From positions 29,641,760 through 29,705,759 of the forward strand of contig NC_068997.1 of assembly GCF_001194135.2 (NCBI RefSeq): a stretch of 64,000 nt of DNA. The letters are read 5' to 3'. Under the pieces are notes generated by a model that worked only from the letters and a program-made list of their open reading frames with translations, did not search any database and was not told the origin of the DNA. A program made the translations under genes and the position numbers. This stretch comes from Octopus bimaculoides (Eukaryota). Below, one piece after another: positions 25,201 through 38,075 of the stretch (within the stretch, counting starts at the first letter, position 1; every line of letters begins with the position of its first letter).

Positions 25201-26462
25201 TAAAACTCCGGTGGGATTTGAACTCGGAACGTAAAGGGACGTAACTAAATACAGCGACGCATTTCATCTTGGCTTTTTATAATATCTTGATGTTTTCTAT
25301 TAAGATAATTTATGATAAGTTAGCAAAACGATTATTCTGAAATGTTCGCTTTCAGAAATCCCATCATTTAGAAAACTGGGAAAGCACCCTCTTATTATTA
25401 TTTCATACATATTCTTGATAGCTGTAAATTAAACTGTGCTTTACCCTTTGGAACAGATCACTATGAATATAGATCCCTTAATTCCAAATTGTTACGTATT
25501 TTTTTTATAAATGTTCAATGAAACAATATTTCTTTATAATTTAAGCTGTCGTAGGTTTTAACCCTACGCCAGGCTTTTTTTCGTTTCATGTTGATTCAGT
25601 GTGTTTGTCTCCTGTTCAGGCATGGCTGTGTGGTTTAGAAGTTCGCTTTGCAACCACGTGGTACAGATTAAGTCCTACTGCGTGGCACCATGGGCAAAGT
25701 GTCGAGCCGACCAGTGTTTTGTGAGTGAATTTGATAGATGAAAACTGTGCGGAAGACTCGTATGTGAGCGTGCGTCTTCGAATTTGTTCCTCTACCGCTT
25801 GACAACCGGTGTTGGTATGCTTACGTCCCTGTAACTTAGAGGTTCGGTCAAGAAGGGTCCCATAGATTAAGTACCAGACTTAATGAGATCATGCCCCAGC
25901 ATGGCCGCAGTCTGATTTCAAGCAAGTGAAAAAAAAATAAGTAGATAAACGCTGGAATGTTTCAGATAAAATATGTTTTCTGATGAAGATGATAAAACTA
26001 TATAATTCGAATAATTTTGTATTTATTTGAAGCATGGGTTTTTGGAAAAAAGAATCTACTTAATATGTATCTCTGTGAGCAAGATTTACATGTAACATTT
26101 GTTTTATTTAAATATTTATTTGATCTTGGTCTTTATTCATGCTAGTTATCTGTTCTTGGTTACACCATCTGTTCTGTAGTCAGTCTATTTATTGCCAAAA
26201 CCAAATGTAGTTGTCATCAAATTTCACGAAGGAATGATATCTTGGTTTACTGAAACAAAGTTCTTAATTTTCAATATTAGGGGATATAAATTGAACGAGC
26301 ACTATATTTCCTTGTCAATATGAAACATAAGAAAATATGTATAAATTTACATAATTTTCACTGATAAAATATATTTGTATTTATAGAAAAGATGTTACAG
26401 TAATTATGATACCTATTGCATCTCTTGTAACGTATAAGGCAAATATGCTTTTCATTTAATGT

Positions 26463-26546
<84 letters not shown>

Positions 26547-29500
26547 CGTTTGTATGTGTATATGAGAGAGAGAGAGAGAGAGAAATAAAGAAATAAAAGC
26601 AGGAAGTCATTTAATGGTTTATGGTAAGTCACCGAAACTCGTACAAAAAAAAAAAAACAAGCTTACCCAGGAACAAACGTTAATAAGCATTAGTTTTGTA
26701 ATATCTCATTAGAAATTATGTGCTTTTGCATGTAGGGGCTGTATTGCCTTTTTTTTTGTCTTATTTATAATTTTAAAAGTTATCTTTAACTTGATATCAT
26801 ACTTCAATATTCCATTTTGATCTCTTTTCTTTCAAAGAACAGAAAAATTACTTATGGTCACTTTTTGTTAGATATGTGATTTGTATTTCTTTTGTAATAT
26901 GAAACTAATTCACCAGGACTCAGTACTTTAGCCATTGGTTGAACATAAATTAATATACATACAAACATATAGACATACCTTTCTTGATTTTATAAGCCAT
27001 TTGCTTCTAATAATGCTGATTCATTATGGCAATGTTTTCTCATCATCACTGATGATTTTGGAAAAACTCCAAATGCATGAATATATAAGATCATTTGGAC
27101 AGGGCAAAACTTTTCTCATTTCAACTTGGGCTCTTAACATTTTGGCTATTTGTGTGGTATTCGTTTTGCTTCTAGTTTACCTGTAGAATATTCTTTAATC
27201 ATTATCTGTTATACTCATACAGAGTATTATTATTCCTAATCTCAAACAGCTGTTTTTCCATATGTTAAGAGAACTGTTAAATTTTGAATTCATGTATTTT
27301 TCTGTGAGTAATTTCAGAGAGGAATTAATGAGCTCTGGTTTTCTGTGAAGGATTTTCTGAAGTCAGGGAATGGCGAGCAGCTGAAAAGTTGAATGTATCT
27401 GAATATTATTTTAAAATGTGGACAGGAATACTCCCAAGACAAATTAATTTTGAAGAAAGAATTCAGTACTTTGTTTATTGGAGTGTGTGTGGCTGTGCAG
27501 CATCAGTGGTGATTCATTTTTCACATGAAATGTGAAAAGGTGAAATGGGATGGTTTTGAAGAATATACTAAGAGATGTGATTCAGCAGTAGTTATCAGTA
27601 AAAATTTGCTCCAATATTTGATTCTGGTTGCAGTCCTTTATGCTATATGGTCATTTAGGCCACATACTGAAGATTTATATCTTCTAAAACAAATATTAAG
27701 CAGTGAGGAATTTACAATCCTGTCGTTTCTGGTTCTCATTCAATGTGCTGTACTTTGGGCAAGTGTTTTTTATCTTAAGGAGTTCAATGAAATCAAAACC
27801 TTTGGTGAAATTTAGTAGTACATGGAAAATGTGCAGAAACTGCTCAGTAACTTCCATCAGGAGTCGCATTCTCCTTCATCATCAAAGATGCAGGAATGGA
27901 TCTGTGGGTAAGAAGTTCACCTTGTCATCTCTCAAAGTTTTCAAGTAGCTGCCAGATGGAGGCCTGTACAAATATTTGAAATAAGAGTTATCTATGTCTT
28001 AATGTCTCAGTGAGGTGTAGTTCCCACAATTAAATAACCACTGAATGGTACAATATAGATTCCATCTGGTGGTACAGTCCACTTAGCTCTAAATATGTAC
28101 CATGTTGCAGTGCCATACATCAGTCTATATGTAAGTACCATCAAATTTGTGCAGTTCTCACATATGTAAAAAGATACTATGTGGTGGTATTATAAATAGT
28201 GCCATTTGCACAGTACCCTGGCTGCCAAACAGGTGGATTGTGTTCAAGAAAGGCTTCAGTCTGCCAAGTCAGTGAGTTAAAACAGATGTTTGCTCTCCTG
28301 CTGCAGAGGTTTTGTCCTGGCATTTTATAAGTATATGGAAATATTTAAGGGTTTCAGCTGTGGCACTACACATGCACTGCATGTAGGCATAGCTGTGTGA
28401 TGGAGAAATTTGCTTGCAACCACAAGGTTTTGGTTTCGTTCCCACTGTGCAGCACCTTAAGCAAGTATCTTTTATCTTCACAGTTCAACCCATAACCTTG
28501 TGAGAATTTGATGGATGGAACCTGTAAAAATTCCATCGTGTATAGGTGTGCATGTTTGTATCAACCTCTTGACATTAGCATACTGATTGTAAACAGTTGC
28601 CATTCTGACAAATGGGCCATTTGTTTGCAATATTTCTTGCAAATTTTGAAGTGTTCATTGTTTGAAGGAGTAGCGGAAATACTACCTTGCTTGAAAGCAA
28701 GTGAGAGCTGGCAATAGGGAAAACATCTGTAGGAAACCAGCCTCAACAAGTTTTGTCTGACAGGGCATCCAGCTGTAGAAACCCCATGCCAAAACAGACA
28801 CTGGACTATGATGCAGTCCTTGACTCATTGGCTCTTTGTCAAATTGTCCAGCCCATACCAGCATGGAACATGGATGTTAAATGATGTTAAAATGATGATA
28901 ATATTGGTGGATAAGATAGCAGAATCAGTGGGGTGTCAGATAAAATATATTGTGGTTGCCTTTCTTTACATTCTGAGTTCAAATCATAAATTCTCTTTGA
29001 TTTTTATGCTTGTGAAGAATATTAGTTTCCATGAGGCTAATGTGAATGTCCAGTTCTTTCAAAATGTCTTCCAATCTCACCAATAACAATACCAGATTTC
29101 CAAACAATATACTGTTGGAGGAGTTGAGATAAATTGAAAACATATGATATATAAATAAATACAGAATAATAATAATAATAATCAAAAAGCTTAAATGGCA
29201 TGGCTTTGTTGTAAGAAGTTTGCTTCCCAACCACAATGGTTCCAGGTTCAGTCCTGTTGCGTCTCTCCTTGGGCCAACCAAAGCCTTGTGGATTTGGTAG
29301 ATGGAAGTTGAAAGAAGCTTGTATATACTTGTGTATGTTGTGTGCCCCCTCTCCCTCCCAACTTGGCAGCTGGTGTTCGTATGTTTGTGTCCCTCTAACT
29401 TAGCAGTTCAATAATCAAATCAAACATCGAAAGAGTGCATTTCAATGAGTGTAACATGGCCGTATTGCATCCAGCTAGGCCTCATTGGAAATGTTAAATT

Positions 29501-29764
29501 TTGTGGGGAAAAGAAGATATTTTATGAATACCAGTGCAATATTGAAACTTGATAGAATTTAAATTTATAATTGGAAAATACATTGAAAATGTTCACACAT
29601 GGATATATGGTTAAGAGACTTGTTTTGCAGCCATGTGGTTTCGGGTTCAGTCCTGCTACACAGCACCTTGAGCAAGTATCTTTTACAAACACCCTGAGCC
29701 AACCAATGCCTTGAGAGTGAATTTGGTAGACAAGCTGTATTGAAACCTCTGTATGTATGTGTGT

Positions 29765-30770
29765 CTATATATATCATCATCACCATCATTGTTTAACATC
29801 TGCTTTCCATGCTGGCATGGGTTGGACGGTTTGACTGAGGACTGGCAAGCCAGGAGGCTGCACCAGGCTCCAATCTGATTTAGCAAGGTATCTACAGCTG
29901 GATACTCTTCCTAACGCCAACCACTCCAAGAGTGTAGTGGGTGCTTTTTACGTGCCAGTCAGGCGGCACTGGCATCAGCCACGACTACGATTTCACTCGG
30001 TTCAACAGTCTTCACAAGTATGACGATTGAAGAGTGGTTTCAAACGGGCCAGTTATGTGACACTGGCATCAGTTACAAGTACGATCTCACTTGGCTTGCT
30101 GGGTCTTCCCGGGTCTTCTCAAGCACAGTATATCTCCAACGGTCTTGGTTGTCTGGTTGCCTCTGTGAGGCCCAATGTTTGAAGGTCATGCTTCACCACC
30201 ACATCCCATATCTTGTTGGGTCTCCCTTTCACAGGTTCCCTCCACTGTTAGGGTCTGACACTTCACACAGCTGTCCTCATCCATACACAACACATGACCA
30301 TACCAGCGCAGTGATCTCTCTTGCACACCACATTTGATGCTTTTAATGTCCAATTTTTCTCTCAGGGTGCTTACACTCTGATGTGTATGCACACTGATAT
30401 TACATGTCTAGCAGAGTATACTAGCTTCATTTCTTTCAAGCCTATGTATGTCCTCAGCATGTTACAGCCCATGTTTCACTGCTGCATAGCATAGCTTTTC
30501 ATTCACAGGCATCATACACTCTACCTCTCACTCTGAGGGAGAGGCCCTTTGTTACCAACAGAGGTAGAAGCTCTCTGAGCTTTGCCCTGGCTACTCTTAT
30601 TCTAGCAGCTACGCTCTCAGAGCATCTGCCCACTGCTACTGACATGGTCATTTAGGTAACGGAAGCTATCAACTACTTCTAGTTTTTTCACCCCCTAGCA
30701 TGTGACGGAATCTGTTTTCTGTACATCTTCGGTGTTTATTGCACCTGTGCAACTGCCACACACAAAAACT
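29765..30770 (-). mobile_element. RTE-clade LINE 3' fragment with 3'UTR and (GAT)n tail
   Basis: STLREKLDIKSIKCGVQERSLRWYGHVLCMDEDSCVK is a typical RTE C-terminus. It is followed by the GTTAGGAAG..ATCCAGCTGTAGA...GATG tail also found as short copies elsewhere. Confidence 0.8.
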
Positions 30771-30976
30771 ATCTTCCTAGTTAAACTTCCTTTGATATTG
30801 CTGCACCTCTTATGTGTCCAAAGCTTGCACCAAGTACATGTTATGGAGTTTCTACCTACACCTTTTCAACAGATCGAGCAGGGCCAGCTACCTGAAGGGA
30901 TTTGTGATTTGTCCACCTTCCCACTTACTAAGACTTTGGTCTTGTATGTGTGTATGTATATGTGTGTGTGTGTGTG

Positions 30977-31014
<38 letters not shown>

Positions 31015-31019
31015 TCTGC

Positions 31020-31640
31020 AGGCACCACCTCAATTAAAGTTATGATTTTCAGAAGCCAAATGAGACGGTGTGGCCATATTGTTTGAATGGCGGATGAATG
31101 CATGCCCAAACAGCTGTTTTATGGTGAGTTTGCAGAGGGGAAATGCTATCAGCGTAAACCTAAAAAAAGGCATAAGGACTACTATGAAGTCACTTGGAAT
31201 GGATCCAGAGGACATAGAAACCCTTGCTTCAGACTGAGCTGGATGGTGAACAAAAGTGGAGTGGGGGTGAAAACGTTTGAAGAGGCCAGGATAAATGCAT
31301 ACAAGACTCGAGAGATTTAAGGAAGAATGTTACAATCAAGAAAGTGAATCGTAATGACCCTTTTGTGTGCACAGTTTATGACAGACCATACCATTCTTTT
31401 GCTGGGCTCAAGTCTCATTTGTGAACCCATGGAAAATGAACCTTCACCAACTATTCTGCCTATATGTCTGTGCACACCTTTCAGTGCAATGTATGCCATA
31501 AGGTCTACAAATCTAATGGAGGCCTCAAAAGACATTTTAAGATCCACAAAAATCAGAACTTATCTGCAGCTCTTGGTGGCCCAAATCGTTTCAGAACATT
31601 GTCGGGTTTAAAAAGCCACATCAGATGCCATGATGGTTCT
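31020..31640 (+). mobile_element. RTE(BovB-like) LINE C-terminal fragment with C2H2-type zinc-finger remnants
   Basis: RxCGHIVxMADECMPKQLFYGEFAEGK...KPKKRHKD, followed by FQCNVCHKVYKSNGGLKRHFKIH and FRTLSGLKSHIRCH. Confidence 0.75.
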
Positions 31641-33549
31641 AAGGTGTATGTACAGGAGGTGGTTAAACTCTGCATAAGGAGTAGACAACTACCACATATG
31701 TGTGTATATATTAATCATTGTCATTTTAATGTCCATTTTCCATACTTCTTTGGGCCAGACAGAATTTTTTGAAAGCCAGATGCCTTCCTGTTGCCAACCC
31801 TCACCAAATAAAGTAATATTTCCCTATGACATATTTTCGTGGAAGATAGGAAATAGCCAGCACTTGTATGTGATGTGAAGGCAAGGAGATTTGTATACAT
31901 ACATATATGACTGGTTTCTTTCAGTTTTTGTCCACAAAATTCATTCACTAGGCTTTGGTCAGCTGGTGACTATAAATGATACTTGCCCAAGGTGCCACAC
32001 AATGAGACTAAACCTGGAATCCTGTAGTTGTGAAGTGAACTTCTTAACGTGCAGCCGTCTCTCCAACAGACTTTAGTTTCTCTTTACCAAATTTCACTCC
32101 AGTGGATTTGGTTACTGGAAAACTTTGCCTGTGATAGGTTTCTACAGATTAGACCAACACTTTATTGCTGCTTGTACAGTGGTTTTTATTGTTTGATTTA
32201 CGTAAAAGCACTCGCTACACTCTCAAAGTGGTTGGCATTAGGAAGGTCATCCAGCTGTAGAAACTTTGCCAGATCAGATGGAACCTGGTGCAGCCTCTGG
32301 CTCACCAGTCCTCAATCAAACTGTCCAACCCATGCCAGCATGGAAAGTGGACGTTAAACGATGACAACTTCCATTGCAGCATGTAACTTTAGTACGTTTA
32401 GCTATTCTTGATAGGGTTTCTAATTCCAATCAGTTTTCTAACATTGTATTCTGCCTTAGAGGAGTTTGTTCTTTTTTTCTGCATAGTAGATGACTGAGAT
32501 GCTAAAAATCTAATTTGTTTATTTAGTAAATTAGATTTTCTTCCAGTAAGGTATTTAGAATCTAATATTACTTTTAAGCATTTCTGTAGATTTATTTTGT
32601 CAGCCACACCCTTGCAGGATGACAACTACAGTGAATTTAGATTTTTACACTGCTTCATACTTGAGTGGATGTAATCAGCTTTATGTAATACTGTAGCAAA
32701 CAGTTTTTTTTTTAAAGAATATTATTCACATGGCATATTTCTGGTTTTCTCTTGAAATGCAAAATTTACTAAGAGTTTTGTGTAAATTATTTCAATAGTT
32801 TTTGGTACAGAGGTGTTTTAATATGTTTGTTGCACTAGTATATTAAAGAAAAAAATTTGGTTGATTTTCTTAGAGAAATCAACGTGGAATCATATATATG
32901 GGCGTCTTCTGTCATAGTCTTGACCAAGTCCACTTGAGTGAAATTTGTTGAACAGAAACTAGAAGCATGTTAGAGGGACTAGTACTGTTCTTTGATGGTG
33001 GGCTTAATCTGGTGCCTTATTTAGCATCACCTGGCCCATGGGTGTGTTTAGTGGTGTTTTCTTTTTTGCAAGCAGTTGATCAAGGTCTCTGATTTAAAGG
33101 TGACACAAGATCCCTGAAATATCATGGGTGTTGCCCTTCATCTTTGAATTATTTTTAAAAGATTCATTGGAAAATTAATCCTCTAAATGAATCTCTAAAA
33201 CTGGCTTTTGGGAAACTTTGGCACTCAGTGAATTTTGGCAATTCTTTTTTTCTTTATATGGTTTGGGTGGTATATAACCTTTCTTAATTCATTTTACCTC
33301 AGCCAATTCAGTTTTCTTGAGTTTCCTGCTTAATTCCTCAACGAAGCAAATGGTTGTGAATAAAAACTTCATATTCTTTTAAGTATTACTGAAATTTAAT
33401 CATTGTCTTCCAATTTGGTTTTTTACTGGTTTGTTTTTCTCTTCACAAGAAGCTTGATTTACGAGTCTTGAACTTGTCAATGTACATTGCCTTAATCTAA
33501 AATTCTCTATAGTATGGCAATAAAATGCATGACTTGGCATATTTATTCT

Positions 33550-33865
33550 TTTATTTTTTTTTTACTTGTTTCAATCATTTGACTGCAGCCATGCTGAAGC
33601 ACAACCTTTAGTACTTATTCCATTGGTCTCTTTTGAGGAACTGCTAAGTTACAGGGACGTAAACACACCAACATTGGTTGTGAAGTGATGGTGGACACAC
33701 ACACGACAGGCTTCTTTCAGTTTCCACCTACCAAATCCACTCACAAGGTTTTGGTTGGCCTGAGGCTATAGTAGAAGACGCTTACCCAACGTGCCATACA
33801 GTGGGACTGAACCTGGAACCATGTGGTTGGATAAGCAAGCTTCTTACCACACAGCTGCTCTTGGT
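33550..33865 (-). mobile_element. SINE family 1, near full length, reverse orientation
   Basis: Reverse complement of 59655-59995. Confidence 0.8.
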
Positions 33866-36800
33866 TACTTTCTTTGGATATGTGACTAGACTTTTGATGA
33901 CTTGTTCTAATTTTTTATGATATTCAGTTAAGCTTATTAGATTAAAATTTTACTTTGTATTTCTTTGTGACTAGTTTTATATTTTTATGAACCTTTTTTG
34001 GAATTTCATCATATAACCTGTATATTTGATGAAAAGAAATTCTCTGTATCATCAGTAATAGCAGATCATTAAATGTCTAGTTGAGGACTGATGAACCTTT
34101 TTGTATTTGAAGGCCGCATTAAAGACAAGTTTATCAAATATATAAAAAGAAAGTATTTCTGTATACATTTTTGCAAATATAATTTTATTAAAGTAAGAAT
34201 TGTTTCAGAAAGTCAAACACGAGGGCTTCTAAGACTAGATTTTCCTCTCCAGCTCTAGTAATATTATTGATCTATAAATCAAATGGCTTTTTTTCTGAAT
34301 GTCAAGATATATCAATTGGTAACCTTAATTATTTTCATACTGGTTTTAGTGATAGGAATGTGGCCATACTAGGGTATTGTCTTCAAGGGTTTTAACAAAT
34401 TATATTGTTTGTGCATATTTTAGTACCCAATTTATTGATCTTTGTCCTTTTTTAAAAGGTTGGGTTTACTTTGAGTTGTGTCTATTTTTAGGGAATTACC
34501 TCATTGCAGAGTAAATACCGCTAAGACTAAAATCAGAACCAAGCAGTTACAAAACTTTTTTAAGCACGCAACCATGCTTGTTGTTCAGTTTTAAAGCATT
34601 TAAATTTAGATTCAAGATTCTCGAAAATTTCTAAATTTTCTTGATTGATTCTGTTCTGCAATGAGAATGCAATCATCTATATATTAAACCTACCAAAAGA
34701 GCTCTTGTTTTAATTTCACTGTAAGGGCTTTGTCATAAAATCATTTTTAGTCATGTTCTGCAAATATGGCCTGCAAACTCTTCCACCATTCTACAAAACC
34801 ATTAGGATATGCAAATGTGAGGAGCCACGTTATTTTGGTAAAGAACATTTGTATTTCTAGACAGGTATGCTAATACTCTAAAACAAGGAAAGTTACATTG
34901 AAATGGTTATTCTTTCAGATTGATATAGTTTTACTTTCTACACTATGATGCTTGTCACAGTAATGGATTGGATAAGCTCAGTTAAAGTTGCTGAGTTTTG
35001 CTGATGGCTGTATTAACTTAGGCCAAGATAAATGTGTGTAATGTTCAGTGGCTAAATAGTGTCAATGTTGGCTCTCATTTCTGCAGATTTGGGAATCCAT
35101 TGATTTATTACTTTCTCTGTGACAAATTGGTTTTCTGCTGAGTGAGGAACCATTGCAGAATATTAAAAATCTAATTTGGAATAAACTGCTGACAAATTGT
35201 GTAAAAAGTAAAGATTTGCAAAATTTAAAAACTGGTTATAAAAACAAATGAAATGGAAAGATGATAACCAAATGAGAAAATGCCAAAAGTTCAATGTTAA
35301 TTGTCTGAAGTAGGTTAAAGGAGAGACCTGAATGCGTGTTATTGGTGAATTGTTAGTATAACAGACCCAGATCTTTAACTTTGATCTCTGACATCATCCA
35401 AGAACAGGCTGAAATAATGAATTGTTATACACTCTGTCCAGCTCCAATGTAGTTGATAATTTGAACTTTGATTGAACAGGGACTGGGCTTTTGAGAGGTA
35501 CTGGTGCAGTACTTGAAAATAAATGCTGTTCCTACTTTGTAATTTGATGTGTTAGAATTTGGAAAGAGAAGACTAAAAAATATTTCCCTCATTTCAAATG
35601 CAAATTTTTAAATTTACAAAATGGTCCAGCTCATTTTTTAAATACATTCTCTAAGGTATGTGTGATTAATGTTCAGATTCATTTGTAAGTGATGAGAGGG
35701 AGGAGTGGGAGAAAGGGGTTATTGTGTGTGCAGTCTCTGAGGAAGGCATACAGTTTTACAGTGGGAGTGATTGGAGGAGGAGGAGAAGCTGGTACAACAA
35801 TTGGCTTTGCTGATACTTTTATTATAGAGCCTCTGTTTGCTGCATTAATTTTGACATATGTCATCTTGTGCTGATATCATCTTCAGTTTGTATAACCTTG
35901 CTCTAAATCAGTTAGTAATTATTTTTTTAAATTTGCTAAATTCTTGCCTTCGTTACCTGTTCAAGTGGAATTTGTTCATATAATGCAGAATGTCATTCTG
36001 AGAATTATGCTGTAATTTTCTATATCAGTGATTTAAAGGAGGAAAAAACAATAGATTTAAAATGTTATTACAAAGAAAAATAAATGTGACTACTTAATTA
36101 TTTAAAAAAAAATCCCATGTAGGTGAATTTTGCTTTTCATCCTTTCAGGGTTGATACAGTACCAGTTCAGCATAGTGGAATGTTGAAAGATACGCTGCAG
36201 CATCTGTTCCTCTTGTGTTCTGAGTTCCTATCTTAACCTTCTGTCACCCATAAGAATGGCCATAGGCTTCAAAAGTCCTTAAGCAAGTGCTTAAGTGTAT
36301 CAGCTGATCTCTCTCAATACTAATACATCAGCTAGTTACCCAACCAGTGATATATGCATCCATGGGTATAGCTGTGTGGTTATGAGATTTACTTTGCAAC
36401 CATGTGGCTCTGAGTTCAGTCCAACTGCGCAATATGTTGGGTATTTTCTACTAATATTGTCTGTCTGGTTAATACTTTGTGAGAAGAAACCCCCTTCTCT
36501 CTCTTTCTCTCTGAAACAAGCACACACACACACACACACACACACATGCTGTGTTAGTCTTCTGTGTAAAAGTTTGTGTGTTCTCAATGCAATGACAGTA
36601 AGGATGAGGGGAACTGTTTGGGAAACAGTTAAAGCTTAGTGATGATAGACAAGCATTCAACCAGAGCAAACCTATTTCAGTAAGTGTTTCTCCTCTAACA
36701 TGTGCTAGTAATGAGAAAAGAATTGTAGAGCTGGATGAATGGGTACACGTGCATGCCAGCACACCTGTGCTTCCACACTCACAGCACTCTTTTACTATAT

Positions 36801-36908
36801 TCATTTTGACTTGACATATATATACATGTAAGAAGACAGATGATGGGCTTCTTTCAATTTCTCTCTACCAAATCCAATCGCAAGGCCTAAGTCTACCCAG
36901 AGCTAGTA

Positions 36909-37121
36909 CAAGAGGGTTCTGAAAAGTTCCTGGATTTGGGTAAAAGAAAATACAGGAGGACCAGTTATGATTTTATTGAACATGTTTCCCTCTCAGGTTC
37001 ACACACATATTGTAGTGGTCCTTCTATCTTTCTAAGCCCTGTAAAAGAACTTGGAAGGTTGGGCCTCTAACCAGGCCTTTCACGATACCCTTAAAGCCAG
37101 GAACTTTTAAGCACCCCTTCG
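36909..37121. mobile_element. mariner-derived MITE inserted into a SINE family 1 copy
   Basis: TIRs CAAGAGGGTTCTGAAAAGTTCCTGG / CCAGGAACTTTTAAGCACCCCTTCG with TA flanks. A homologous partial copy at 13688-13865 is cut by a gap. Confidence 0.85.
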
Positions 37122-37719
37122 TAGAAGGCCCAGTAGTAGAAGACACTTGCCCAAGGTACTGCACAGGGCGACTGATCCTGAGGTAACATAGATGGGAAAC
37201 CAGCTTCACCTATGTTTGCCCTTTCAGTATTTACATAATGAAAAGGCTTTGATCACTATTTGATGTGATTTTGAAACAATTTAATTTGCATTATCATTGA
37301 AATTTTCATAACTTTCAGTTTATCATTAAAGTTAAAAATGTTAAATTTTGATGTCAATTTAAAAATGCATGGAATTTTCTTTTACTTCTATGATTAACTT
37401 TAAAGGATATATAAGGTTTGATTCCCTGGTTCAATTTTTATATTATGTAATATGATCTTGAAATTCTTAACAACATCTAATTAAGTTTTCATTAAGCTGT
37501 TCGACATAACAAGTAGTTAAATCACAATCAGGATAATTACAAACTAATGGCTTCATTTTTGATAAAATAACTAACCTTAGTGAAACAAATCAGAAGGCAT
37601 CGGCTGGCAATGAAAGCATGCATGAGATTAAATGCTTGTTAGTATTTAGTATTATATTAAAGTGCTTCATTTGTGAGATTCAGCAAAGGCTCAGTTGAAG
37701 TGTTGGACTATTATTTATT

Positions 37720-38075
37720 TACTAATCTTTTATTTTTCAGTCATTAGACTGTGGCCATGCTGGGGCACTGTCTTTGAAAAATTTTAGTCAAACAAATTGG
37801 CCTCAATGCTTACTTTTTAAAGTCTGATACTTATTCTATCAGTCTCTTTTGTTGAACTTCTAAGATATGGGGACATAAACACACTAACACCAGTTGTCAA
37901 GTGCTGGGGTGGAGGAGACACACTTGCATCTATGCAAATGTGTGCGTGATGGATTTCTTTCAGTTTCTATCTACCAAATCCACTCACAAAGCTATAGTAG
38001 AAGACACTTGCAGTGGGACTGAACTTGGAACCATGTGGTTGGGAAGTAAACTTCTCACTATACAGTCATGTCTCT
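37720..38075 (-). mobile_element. SINE family 1, near full length, reverse orientation
   Basis: Reverse complement of 59655-59995. Confidence 0.75.
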
